Source: an uncultured virus (IMG/VR IMGVR_UViG_3300033816_001502)
Taxonomy: Duplodnaviria > Heunggongvirae > Uroviricota > Caudoviricetes
Direction: 5' to 3' (one strand)
IMG/VR virus record: IMGVR_UViG_3300033816_001502
Length of the DNA stretch: 64,000 nucleotides
Shown: positions 35,739-45,987 of the stretch, one piece after another
Numbering within the stretch: the stretch's first letter is position 1
Layout: the number at the start of each line of letters is the position of its first letter
Notes under the pieces: generated by a model
Told to the model about the DNA's origin: nothing
The model's input: only the letters and a program-made list of their open reading frames with translations
Database searches by the model: none
Program-made: the position numbers and the translations under genes

Positions 35739-36458
35739 TCAACGTTTGAGTTCAACGGCTATGTCTTTCACAGCGCCTGATTGCATACCTGTCACGCGGA
35801 CATAGGTCTTTATTGTATTTTTTTGCGTGCCTGTTCCATACACGTCAAATACAGTTTGCGTTAAAGATTTTGCATTAACAGTAAACATTAAAGTAGATCC
35901 AGCCGTGCTATTAGTTCCTGATTTGGTAAGAGTGTAATATGCTCTTTGCTGATTGTCTATATTGTTCGGAGATTTGTTACCAGAATCTACCAACAAGAAC
36001 AAGTTTGGTACGTCAACAATAAAAGTTTGATCTCTCAATTCGACGTCAATTAACGTCTCATTCAGCACTGTCTGTTCTAAATTAACCTTAGAAGATGTAG
36101 CTTTTCCAGAAGTAGACACAGTGTATAAAGTTATAACACCCCCAGATGAAGCTGCATCTCCTGTGTATGTGAAGCTAGGTAATCTAACCAAATTAGGATT
36201 AGACACGCTTATGAGCCTATATTTCTGAGAATGAGCTTGATTCGTTAATGCTTCAAAAATAGGAGTGTTTTTTTCGATTTTTTCTCTGCCTACCGTTCTA
36301 CCATATTTTTGTATAATGCTGTAGTTTACTTCATCATCTCCCAGAGCGAACTTAGTTAAAGTAAAATCGCCATTATTTCTTGACAAAAATTGTCGGCCCG
36401 TGTCTGTTAAAACGGCATCAAGGATGATGTTATTGGTCGAATGATCAAGAAAACCCAT
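35739..36458 (-). CDS. putative virion structural protein
   Basis: N-terminus ILDAVLTDTGRQFL...TKFALGDDEVNY resembles tail-collar/fibre N-termini; late-type motifs upstream. Confidence 0.6.
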   Translation of the reverse strand: MGFLDHSTNNIILDAVLTDTGRQFLSRNNGDFTLTKFALGDDEVNYSIIQKYGRTVGREKIEKNTPIFEALTNQAHSQKYRLISVSNPNLVRLPSFTYTGDAASSGGVITLYTVSTSGKATSSKVNLEQTVLNETLIDVELRDQTFIVDVPNLFLLVDSGNKSPNNIDNQQRAYYTLTKSGTNSTAGSTLMFTVNAKSLTQTVFDVYGTGTQKNTIKTYVRVTGMQSGAVKDIAVELKR

Positions 36459-36540
36459 AATTCCTCTACTCTTAAATCTACACGTAAGTATTAGTTAGTT
36501 AAATATTGCTTTCCTTTATTTGCCAAGAATTGATTAACGC

Positions 36541-38370
36541 CTATCGAAAATCTTTCAAGTTAATAGTGAGTTGCGTAGAAGCTTGATTCTCTATGTTTAT
36601 AAAATTTATTTTATATCTTCCATTTTCTGTCACAATGACATCAGTTTTGACGTTATCATTATTGACTGAATAACAGGTTGGTGTGAAATAAACATGCATC
36701 GTATTTTTGTTGCTTGTTTTTACTGAATCCAAAAATAGATCTTTTTCAAGATACATGTTAGGATAACTCTTAGGCGCATTTTGAGTAGAAACTAATCTTA
36801 TTATTAGCTTATTTGCATATTGATCAAATTTCACTTGAAACTGTTCAGAATAATTAGAACTAATTCCATGAGCATCTACAGATGCGACTGCGTAAATGTA
36901 CTCCGAATTTTTGAAGAAATCATCATCGTAATAAGAAGATTCTGGATTTGGTGTGACTACTTCTACTAACTTTTGATCAATCTTTTTTTCATCATCTGGA
37001 AATTTGATGGACGCATCGTTAAAGTCAAAAACTTTTAATAACTCAAATGGGTGTTCTAAACTTTTTCGTCTAAATACTTGAAATTTTTTGATGTCCATCT
37101 GCGAATTTACTGGAAATGACCAATAAATTAACAAACTTCCTCTAATACCAGTTCCGGGTATGGTACCGTTTGAGATATGATCAAATTCTGCGGTCACAGG
37201 ATTTATCCTATCAAAATCCCAAACAAACTTTAATCCCGTAGGCGGAGGGGGAGCTATATCCTCTGTCGTTTCTACATAAGAAATCACGGGTTTTGAACTG
37301 ATCAAAGAGCTGATCATCGATATGCCTAGTCCGACATTATCGACAGCGGCAAAGGTTGCTTCCATTATTGATTTAACTTGATAAATGTAGACAGTACCAT
37401 ACCGTACATCAAAATCTGCATAGCTAGTTGATCTTGGATCCTCTATAATAATTGGATTAAAATCTCTTTGGGTTCCATCGGGGAAGATTTCTGTTTTTTC
37501 TATAACATAACCAACAAGCTTGTATGTCGTTGGAACATTCGCATCATCTGCTGAGGATACTACGTTGATATATTGTACGTTCGTCTTAAATTCATCTTCG
37601 GTCAGGTCAAAATTACTGTTGTTATTCCTTTTATTACCAACCGAATTTTTTAATTTTTTAAAAGAGTCCTTGTTTAAATTCAATGAATCATTGGATGCTC
37701 TTTGAACCAAGTCGTATAACAAATTATTACTAATCTGCATGTTGGTCGAAACATTCTTTAAACTATTCAAGTAGTTGTTTATTGTTTTTTTACCATCATT
37801 TTTTTTATAGATAGTGTTGGAAATGTATTCTTGCTGGCTTAGCACATTTCCTACTACTTTTTCATTAGAACTTCCCACCAAATTTTTTACAGATTGTACA
37901 GACTTTGAAGAATCAATTTCTTCAGTATCATGAAGCAGCATTGAAGCATTTTTAAAAATCGAAGCAGTCTGTTTGTCTATTTCATTATTTTTTAAATTTA
38001 CAGCAGTGTAATAGCTGGTAGCAAACTGACTTTCTGACACAATCTTGTCAAAATTTTGAGCAATTATGTCATTCTCTTCTCCAGATTCTATGTAAGGTAT
38101 CTTTTTAGGACCTTTGAATGTAATTTTTACGTACCTTGGGAATTTTCTGCTACCATAATCCAAATAAGATTCTGCTAACTCAGTACGTGGTTTAGAGATG
38201 ATATTTTGCGATAAATTCATATTTTTTATCGCGTCATCGGTTAAGATATCTTTGTCTCTGACAGCTTCATTAGGAACATAATAATTGTAAACAAATTCTG
38301 TCTTCAACTCAGTGACTTCAGGTACGTCTACTGAATAGATGATTCTTGTCGGTATTGATTTTATTCCCAT
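36541..38370 (-). CDS. putative virion protein with FN3/Ig-like repeats
   Basis: GYVIEK...YADFDV.YG.VY.YQV; APPPPTGL; FQVFRR...YIYAVASVD..G.SS. Confidence 0.55.
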   Translation of the reverse strand: MGIKSIPTRIIYSVDVPEVTELKTEFVYNYYVPNEAVRDKDILTDDAIKNMNLSQNIISKPRTELAESYLDYGSRKFPRYVKITFKGPKKIPYIESGEENDIIAQNFDKIVSESQFATSYYTAVNLKNNEIDKQTASIFKNASMLLHDTEEIDSSKSVQSVKNLVGSSNEKVVGNVLSQQEYISNTIYKKNDGKKTINNYLNSLKNVSTNMQISNNLLYDLVQRASNDSLNLNKDSFKKLKNSVGNKRNNNSNFDLTEDEFKTNVQYINVVSSADDANVPTTYKLVGYVIEKTEIFPDGTQRDFNPIIIEDPRSTSYADFDVRYGTVYIYQVKSIMEATFAAVDNVGLGISMISSLISSKPVISYVETTEDIAPPPPTGLKFVWDFDRINPVTAEFDHISNGTIPGTGIRGSLLIYWSFPVNSQMDIKKFQVFRRKSLEHPFELLKVFDFNDASIKFPDDEKKIDQKLVEVVTPNPESSYYDDDFFKNSEYIYAVASVDAHGISSNYSEQFQVKFDQYANKLIIRLVSTQNAPKSYPNMYLEKDLFLDSVKTSNKNTMHVYFTPTCYSVNNDNVKTDVIVTENGRYKINFINIENQASTQLTINLKDFR

Positions 38371-38382
38371 GTTCGTTTCTCT

Positions 38383-41300
38383 TTATAGCTTACCAACGCT
38401 TTTTTTCGTTATGGATTTTTTGTCTTGTTGCTTTCTTGCTGATTCCTGCGCATTTTCGCTCTTTTGAATTGAAGTTAACAATTTTGGATCCGCAACAAAA
38501 GGCTCTGCATGAGTTTCTACGACCGCAAAAAAAGCGTCTAGGGATGGATTTTCAAAAGATTTATCTACATCAACATAGACATTGGGATTACTTTTTTGTT
38601 TAATAGATTTTGCAGTTTTTATTAAAAATTCTAATTTAGAAGAACTACTTTGGGTTGATGTTGATTTTTCATAATCTATTTCAAACTCAGGATCAAATAT
38701 AATGTTAAAGACTCTATCAAATTTTTTAGGCTGAACCAAGTTCTTAATATACAAATCTTGTCTTGGAATCAAAACATCTGCAACTATCAAATTTTTTAAA
38801 GCTTCATTCTTTATCTTCGGTATCTTATTGAGACCAGAAGAATTTAAAACAGATTTTCCTGCATTTCCTAATCCTTTAGATAAAGAGTTAGAAGATTTAG
38901 AATCTTTAGTGGTCGAAGTAGAACTTTGCAAATTCTTAGTTACATCATCGTTAGTTGAATTACCAGCTTCAGCAAGAGCATCTGCTTCTGTATTCGATAG
39001 ATTAAATTGAACATCACCAACGTCAAACCCGGTCAAGATTTTTATGTAATTTTCTAGAAGAAAACTAGTTATATGATTTTCTATAATTTCATTTTTTTCT
39101 CTTGCTGTTAGAAAATTATATTCTTCTCCAAAAGAGCTGGTTTTATCGTCCCAATACGTAGATGCTCCTGTGTCTATCAAGTTCAAGCTTGTAAATAAAG
39201 AATAATTTCTAGTTGGAATTGCATTAGCTATGTCGCTAATTCCTCTCACATTTGTATTGATTGGCTTTACTGATGAATAAACTCGTGTCGGGAATCTAGA
39301 TGCTTCGAACAAAAATTCTTTTGGTTTATACACAATATCACTGTTAAAGATGTCTATCTTATAGATTAAGATCTTTATAATATCATTATGCTTATTGCTA
39401 TCAGCCATTAAAGGATTTTTTAACAACCCTTTAAGCAACCCTTGAGGAATTCCGATTGTGGCAATTTTTTTGTTATATCCTTTTGTCTCAGTGAATTCTG
39501 CGTCTGAAAAGAATCTTTGTAAAACTGATACCATTTGTGGAGAATAATGCAAGCTTTTAAGATACTTGGTCGCCAAGATCATATCAGGATCTGTTTCTTC
39601 TGTCGAAAAGTTTTCAGTAAAAGTTTGAAAGTTCTGGTAGACGTCTTCCACTGATGATAGCAACATCATAAGTTGTTGTTCTCTCATCAAAATTGACAAC
39701 TTTTCAGTCGTTTCCAGATATCCTAACAAATAAGCTATTGCTTCTTTATTGAATTTGTTAATCGTGTTGTATATAGTTTGAATTTTTCCATTCAGCGTAT
39801 CCAAAAAATTGGCCACGGAAAACATCATTGAAGTTAAAGTTTTCATTTCATCTTCAATTATAGAGATGATTTCTTGCTGGCCTATAGAATGATTTGTTGG
39901 TGCAGAATCAACGTACACAACAAGTTCGTAGAAAGAAGCTCCTATGCTTGTAAAGTATTTTCTATTTTCAGGAGTTAATGAAAAAAAGCCATTTAATTCA
40001 ACTGATTCAAATCCAAGAGCTGATCCTATTATTCCGCCGCTTGAGGTTTTTACAGGATTTATAGTCTTTGAATATGGCGTTAAAAAATCTTGAAATGCAT
40101 TTGTCGCAACTAAATTGTTGTCGGAAAATTTCTTAACTAAAGAGCAGATAACAGTAAAAGCCAACACAATTATAGTGTTAATGTTTAATTCAGAAAAAAT
40201 AGTACTGTTAGTAGAACTTGAAGTTGCATAGTTAGAGAATGCATCCTTAATATCTTTTATTATGTTAACGATTGAAAGAAAAAGTTTGTTATTTCTTAGA
40301 GAATTTCCCAAATCTGCTGAGTTATCATATTTGCAAGGAATTCTGTTGATTATATTTTTGCTTTCGTAATTTGCTACCAACGATATTTTAAGAGTTTTTT
40401 CTGTAAGATTTTTAAAGATATCATTGTAATCATTCAAGTTCACGTTAAAAAGAGACGAAAATGCGATGCGGTCTGCTATTATTTGAGACAATAATTCCGG
40501 AGGAACGTTTTTTGATTCATTAATTAAGAGCAACTGTAGATTTTCATCATTATTACCTGCGTTAACAGAATCTTCCACTAATTCAATCAAAGAAATTAAT
40601 AGAGAAGCTCTTAGTTCTCTACCAAAATTGCTGTTCTCTCCAGCTTTTGCTAAAATAGCAACTATTCCCCTGTCTTTTTGAGCAAATATCTCAAGATCTG
40701 ATTCTCTATCGGCAAAATCATATGTTTTAGAGTTTCCTTCTCCATCGACAAGAACATTAAGAATATTTTTAGCAAAAGTTGCTGGATTGAAGGATGTAAA
40801 TGAAGGTTTTTGAGAACTGTCATTTTTCATGGTCTCAAACATGCTGTCATCTATCGGCAAAAATCCAAAATTTGAAATAATTTCAAAAAAGCCAGAATCT
40901 AATCTTTCAATTTCTCTAGAAATTTCAAACATTCTAGATAAATTTATGCTATTTTGAGATATGTTATTGAATAGCGCTTGTGAATCAAAAAAATAACGAC
41001 CTCCAGGAACCAATGTTGTAGACATGTTAGAAGATTCATTCTCTTCAAGAGTTAACACTATTTTAGAGCTATCTTCTACATGTCTAGAGTAAGTAAGATC
41101 AAATAAAGAAAATGAATTTACGTTAACGTTTTTGCTGGGTGCTTGAAAAACTTCAAAACCTGATTGATCTTGTCCAAATATTTTTTCAATGTAATTCGTG
41201 GAATTAATGACCCCTGTCCCAGTTGAACGAAAATTTCTTAAAAACTGAAAGTTTTGATCAAAACAAGCAGAATGTCTCAACTCTTTTGATAACAGATGAA

Positions 41301-42423
41301 TCAATACAGGAGCTATATAATTTTCGCTTTTTAAGTTATTATCAAGAGACGTATCTATCTCTAACATAGACATTTTCAAATCAAAAACAAGAGTCTTTAA
41401 ATCGGCATTCAACTTTGATTTATCTAATTTTTGATCTTTTACGCTTGTTGGAATCTCTAAAGAAATTCCAATATTTTTTAAGTCTTTTTGCGCTTTTTCT
41501 AAATTTGATTGCTCCGATTCAGAAAGAGAATTTTGAAAAGTGGGAGCAACCACTAAATTTGAAGGTATATTAGCGTTTTTTTGAATGTTTTTTAATGATA
41601 TTCTGTTTTTTCCGCCGTCAATTATAGGAATTTGTCCTTTGATAGATGCTTGCTTTTCTTCAAGCGAATTTACATTCAAAGACTTCTTTGAATGAGTTTG
41701 TATTAATTTTGATAATTCACTTACGCACGTCAACCATAGCTTTGTAGAAGAATAATTCTTTACAGTAGAAGGTGTAGAGATGATAGCATCCGCCAGAGAT
41801 GTTTCTAAGGTCAATGTTTCAGGTAGCTTTTCTGCTATGGCGTCTAAATCTTCTTTTTTAGTTTTTCTTTGTGAGCCTTCAAACATTCTAGAAACAAACT
41901 CAGTTGGAGAAAATCTGTATATTGAGTTGTGAGAATTAATGTTCTTGTTGGCTGTTGCTAACATCTTAAGAATGTTATTGAGTTCGCTCAATCTGTTTCT
42001 TAAAATGGAAATTTGCTGTTTAAACTGTTTGTTGTTATCTTTTATTAACTTCTTATTTTTTTCTGAGCTCATGGCAGATTGAGTTGAAGCATCAATCTGC
42101 CTTAATGTTTCTACGTATAGATCGAATAATTCTCCATATGCAGTCTTTGTTTGAGAATCAGTCAAGATAGGAGAAAAATTAGTTAGCGCAATCATTTCAG
42201 GTCTGTCTTCTGAAAGATTTGCTAGTTCTTCATATTTTGTTAACTTACGTTTATGAGAATTTGTAGAAGTTGCAGACGGATCAGAAGACGGATCTAGGTC
42301 TTTTTTTGGTATATAAACGGTAGATGTTTTTCTAGAGTTGTTTGAATCAGAACTAACAACTCTTGTTTGCATGTTTCCTGACTTAAGAAACGTTCCATTG
42401 CTTGACTTAGGGAATCTAAACAT
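38383..42423 (-). CDS. large hypothetical protein (1346 aa), probably virion-associated
   Basis: Long uninterrupted ORF inside the structural operon; no motif recognised. Confidence 0.7.
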   Translation of the reverse strand: MFRFPKSSNGTFLKSGNMQTRVVSSDSNNSRKTSTVYIPKKDLDPSSDPSATSTNSHKRKLTKYEELANLSEDRPEMIALTNFSPILTDSQTKTAYGELFDLYVETLRQIDASTQSAMSSEKNKKLIKDNNKQFKQQISILRNRLSELNNILKMLATANKNINSHNSIYRFSPTEFVSRMFEGSQRKTKKEDLDAIAEKLPETLTLETSLADAIISTPSTVKNYSSTKLWLTCVSELSKLIQTHSKKSLNVNSLEEKQASIKGQIPIIDGGKNRISLKNIQKNANIPSNLVVAPTFQNSLSESEQSNLEKAQKDLKNIGISLEIPTSVKDQKLDKSKLNADLKTLVFDLKMSMLEIDTSLDNNLKSENYIAPVLIHLLSKELRHSACFDQNFQFLRNFRSTGTGVINSTNYIEKIFGQDQSGFEVFQAPSKNVNVNSFSLFDLTYSRHVEDSSKIVLTLEENESSNMSTTLVPGGRYFFDSQALFNNISQNSINLSRMFEISREIERLDSGFFEIISNFGFLPIDDSMFETMKNDSSQKPSFTSFNPATFAKNILNVLVDGEGNSKTYDFADRESDLEIFAQKDRGIVAILAKAGENSNFGRELRASLLISLIELVEDSVNAGNNDENLQLLLINESKNVPPELLSQIIADRIAFSSLFNVNLNDYNDIFKNLTEKTLKISLVANYESKNIINRIPCKYDNSADLGNSLRNNKLFLSIVNIIKDIKDAFSNYATSSSTNSTIFSELNINTIIVLAFTVICSLVKKFSDNNLVATNAFQDFLTPYSKTINPVKTSSGGIIGSALGFESVELNGFFSLTPENRKYFTSIGASFYELVVYVDSAPTNHSIGQQEIISIIEDEMKTLTSMMFSVANFLDTLNGKIQTIYNTINKFNKEAIAYLLGYLETTEKLSILMREQQLMMLLSSVEDVYQNFQTFTENFSTEETDPDMILATKYLKSLHYSPQMVSVLQRFFSDAEFTETKGYNKKIATIGIPQGLLKGLLKNPLMADSNKHNDIIKILIYKIDIFNSDIVYKPKEFLFEASRFPTRVYSSVKPINTNVRGISDIANAIPTRNYSLFTSLNLIDTGASTYWDDKTSSFGEEYNFLTAREKNEIIENHITSFLLENYIKILTGFDVGDVQFNLSNTEADALAEAGNSTNDDVTKNLQSSTSTTKDSKSSNSLSKGLGNAGKSVLNSSGLNKIPKIKNEALKNLIVADVLIPRQDLYIKNLVQPKKFDRVFNIIFDPEFEIDYEKSTSTQSSSSKLEFLIKTAKSIKQKSNPNVYVDVDKSFENPSLDAFFAVVETHAEPFVADPKLLTSIQKSENAQESARKQQDKKSITKKSVGKL

Positions 42424-42452
42424 CTTTGATCCTTCTTTAATTTATTGCGCTT

Positions 42453-44942
42453 TTAATTTGCCTGTTCTATTAAAATCTTAGAAGATTCTACAGTATTACC
42501 TGAAGTGTAATCTAAATAAACGGGCGTCAAAAGGTAAGAAACAAGTCCTATATCATCTTTTGTTAAGTTATGAATAAAATTATGCAAATCAGAAAAGCTA
42601 GCCGACTTGCCCACCAAGGTTCTAACGTCATCAGTTGTTTTCATTACAAGTATATGATCAATTAAATTAGGATCTCCATCAATTTTCCAAGTTAGATAAT
42701 TTTTGCTATTCGTTTGTCTAATTGAAAGACCATTTATCCGCGGATTTTTATTGGCAAATGAGATAGGAACTTCATAACTAGTTCCAAGCATACCTTTCAT
42801 CATCTCTGGTCTTGGGTCGTTTTTTATAAAGTGATCTGATACAACATTTCCTTTTAACAAGGTCGCTGGATGGTGATGTTTTTGTGGGGTTATTTTGTAA
42901 CTTTTCTTTGTTTCAGTATCAACCATGTCTATGACTTTGTCAACGACAGTATTTGGATCTCTGACCAACGGATATATCACATACTTGTAAGATTGGCCGA
43001 TTTCTACTGTCTTTATTCCTCTTTTACCTGATTCTATAGAATCAGAAAAAGTAGAATCATTGGAAATGATTCCCATGTCATCGACGTCACCCGTTAACGT
43101 GTTGTATCTGGTTATGCTGAATGCTATTAATTCAGAAAGTGTGCTTCTACCTACAGGATCTGAAATCTGCAATTGATCCAACATAGTCCTCAACATCTTG
43201 GTTTGATCATCAACTACGCTAGCAGCCACAGAAAATTGAACATCTATGGTATTTCCTCTGTTAGAAACAGTTAATGGTTTAGATATAACAACGTTTAGCG
43301 GAGTTCCGACGGGCGGAATATACTCTAGACAAGCAGAATAATTTGATGGTATTTCATCTCCCATTTCGGTAATTAAAATCGTCTTAAATTCGTAAAGGTT
43401 ATATGGGATTAAATTTTTTACAATTAATCTAGAACTGTTTTGTTTATCAGAAAAATTGAAATTATTTACAACTTCAAAGTTTTTCTTACCGGTCGTCGCA
43501 TTTCTTACTAAGAGTTTAGCGGCGACGACGTCTGGCAAATAATCGTTATATGCTGTTATCTCTATTCCTTCTCCTCCTTGTTTCGATAAGGAAGGAATAA
43601 TGATTAATTTTCTTTCATTTACTCTAGGATTATCTCTTATCACCACATCAGTAAATTCATAAGATTGAATTTTTGTTATCCCGTTAAAAGGCACAAATCG
43701 AAAAATCGCTATGTTGTCTTTTAAATTAATAATGTTGAAACTAGCTTCTCCTTCTTTCGTTGTAACAGGAACAGAAGCTAGTTTTACATATTTCTCTCTT
43801 AAATTTCCATTGTTTATTGTTCGTTTATACACCGAAACAAAATTAGCGTTTGCATCCAATTGTTTTATTTTGAAAGTGATGTTTTGATTTGTCTTTGAAA
43901 ATCTAACAAGAGGCGGAGTCGTAGGACGAAAAAGATTCGAAATGTAAGACTGTATGTTTAGATCTTTTTCTATTTTTTCAATGACCTTAACTTCTTTAAC
44001 ACCAGATTTTTTTGCTGTTGACTTCAAAAGTTCAAAGCTGACCAAAACCGTAGACTGATCTTTTGCAACTGATTCTTTTATATTAATTTCAGTATCTATC
44101 GAAATCTTATCATCAAAGATATCTTGAATAGACGCAAAAAAATCTTTTTTTGTTTCAAGACTTCTTTGACCTTCAAAAAGATGAGCATTAAGTAATTTTG
44201 TTTTTATATCTCCTACATATTCTTCTGTTTTTTGTTTTCTAGAAGTTCCTGAAGATGCATTATGAATTGATAAAGATCTATCTGAGAGTTGCGTTATTTG
44301 AGATGGCGAATTTTCTTTATTGAATATTAGCTTTAATCTTTCATTTTTGACATTAACGAATGTAGAAAGATTGTTTTTCAGCAGTGTATCATTGTCTTTT
44401 ATTTCTACAGTGTTGTGACCTACTTGAGCTTCTAAAATAGAGTTCTTTGAAAAATTATTTATTTCGTTCTTTGCTAAGAACACTAGTTTGGATTTTTTTA
44501 ATCCTTTAAGCTCACTTATGTCATCACCATTTTTTAGAGCATTTAAGATTTGGTTGTTTACTCTTGAACCAATATCAGATTCTTTGATTAGTATTATAGA
44601 ATCTTTTTCTTCTTTGTTTGAATTGACAATGTTTATCTTTTGCATTAAGATATTTTCTACTAATTTTTTAGTATCAACTGATCCTACTTTAGTAGATTGA
44701 GTAATGCTATTTTTTGTTTTGTTTTTCTTTTTTACTGTGATTCTAACTGACAACGCATTCTCTTGCGTGACTTTTATTTGAGAAACCTTGTAAGTAAATT
44801 TGAACTTTAAACATGAATCAATGCGTTGGCTTTTAAAATCAGAACTAGAAGAAGCTGGTGGTCCTGTAATTTCTACCAACTCGGCAAAATTATCATCTAT
44901 TTCTAATAATCCTTTTACGTTATTTGCTGGATTAAAGTACAT
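42453..44942 (-). CDS. putative virion protein (829 aa), beta-rich with FN3-like segments
   Basis: VKNLIPYNLYEFK and YKYVIYP patterns; structural operon context. Confidence 0.6.
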   Translation of the reverse strand: MYFNPANNVKGLLEIDDNFAELVEITGPPASSSSDFKSQRIDSCLKFKFTYKVSQIKVTQENALSVRITVKKKNKTKNSITQSTKVGSVDTKKLVENILMQKINIVNSNKEEKDSIILIKESDIGSRVNNQILNALKNGDDISELKGLKKSKLVFLAKNEINNFSKNSILEAQVGHNTVEIKDNDTLLKNNLSTFVNVKNERLKLIFNKENSPSQITQLSDRSLSIHNASSGTSRKQKTEEYVGDIKTKLLNAHLFEGQRSLETKKDFFASIQDIFDDKISIDTEINIKESVAKDQSTVLVSFELLKSTAKKSGVKEVKVIEKIEKDLNIQSYISNLFRPTTPPLVRFSKTNQNITFKIKQLDANANFVSVYKRTINNGNLREKYVKLASVPVTTKEGEASFNIINLKDNIAIFRFVPFNGITKIQSYEFTDVVIRDNPRVNERKLIIIPSLSKQGGEGIEITAYNDYLPDVVAAKLLVRNATTGKKNFEVVNNFNFSDKQNSSRLIVKNLIPYNLYEFKTILITEMGDEIPSNYSACLEYIPPVGTPLNVVISKPLTVSNRGNTIDVQFSVAASVVDDQTKMLRTMLDQLQISDPVGRSTLSELIAFSITRYNTLTGDVDDMGIISNDSTFSDSIESGKRGIKTVEIGQSYKYVIYPLVRDPNTVVDKVIDMVDTETKKSYKITPQKHHHPATLLKGNVVSDHFIKNDPRPEMMKGMLGTSYEVPISFANKNPRINGLSIRQTNSKNYLTWKIDGDPNLIDHILVMKTTDDVRTLVGKSASFSDLHNFIHNLTKDDIGLVSYLLTPVYLDYTSGNTVESSKILIEQAN

Positions 44943-44960
44943 AACAGTTATTTACCTTTG

Positions 44961-45944
44961 CTATTCAAAAACCACTGTAAAAAGTCTAACGAACGTGTTA
45001 GTACCATTATCATCCAACAACACTTTTCCAACGAAAAATGCTTGTTTCATCTTATTTTTGTAACGATAAGATCCATAATCTATAACGTCTAGCTTTTTCA
45101 TTTCTTCTTCATTTACTTCAAAGAATTGAGAAACTAATTTATTATTTAAAGATGTCGGATCAAAGACTATCGTTTTTTTGTATCCTAATTTTTCAAAGTT
45201 TGCTAAATCATCTTCTAACTTAACAAAATCATACTTTTCAGCTTGATTTAAAGGCTGGTAATCGCCTATCTTGTTAGATTCAATTATTTCTTTTGAAGAT
45301 TTATCCACCAAGTCGTTTTGCACCTTATTTATTGGCGGCAAAAATTTGAAATTTAATACGTTGCTAAGCAACTTATCATTGAATAAACTTGGTATATCAT
45401 TCAAGTTTTTTTCATAAAATTGGGGGCTAGAAATTGGATTATCTTTCAATATCTTAAATTCTATCTCACTATTTCCAATACCAAATCCATCATCTTCAAA
45501 CAAATAATCTCTAGTCCCTAAGACATAAAGCTTTTTGTAGTTATCTATTGAAGAGTTCAACAGGCTCTCTGCTGTTGAAGCAAACTGAGAGCCTGTCAAA
45601 TAAACAGTCTCTTCTCTAGAAGAACCTTCAAAGACTTGATTAATGACTTTTTTGGATAATTTTCCATTCAATACATCAATTTCATTAGCATTTTTGAATG
45701 GTTTTAATTTTCCTGAATCATCTGCTTCAAAAGTGATTTGATCTTGAGGTAAATGACATTGCTCAAAATACAACCTTTTAGTTACATCAGCAGATCCGCT
45801 AACGACATCCGCGCTATAAAAAGTGGAACTATCAGTAAAGCTGATGTATTCTATCTTTAATTTTCCATCAGCAATTTGCTTCCTGCCTTCCAACGTAACG
45901 ATGGTATCCATGATACGTTTTCGGCTGTCTAATATACCACTCAT
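44961..45944 (-). CDS. putative virion protein; N-terminus paralogous to 35739..36458
   Basis: MSGILD...IMDTIVTLEGRKQIA...IEYISFTD versus MGFLD...ILDAVLTDTGRQFL...LTKFALGD. Confidence 0.6.
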   Translation of the reverse strand: MSGILDSRKRIMDTIVTLEGRKQIADGKLKIEYISFTDSSTFYSADVVSGSADVTKRLYFEQCHLPQDQITFEADDSGKLKPFKNANEIDVLNGKLSKKVINQVFEGSSREETVYLTGSQFASTAESLLNSSIDNYKKLYVLGTRDYLFEDDGFGIGNSEIEFKILKDNPISSPQFYEKNLNDIPSLFNDKLLSNVLNFKFLPPINKVQNDLVDKSSKEIIESNKIGDYQPLNQAEKYDFVKLEDDLANFEKLGYKKTIVFDPTSLNNKLVSQFFEVNEEEMKKLDVIDYGSYRYKNKMKQAFFVGKVLLDDNGTNTFVRLFTVVFE

Positions 45945-45987
45945 AGCAATAAATTATGTTTGATGTCATTATATGCAACCAAACAAT

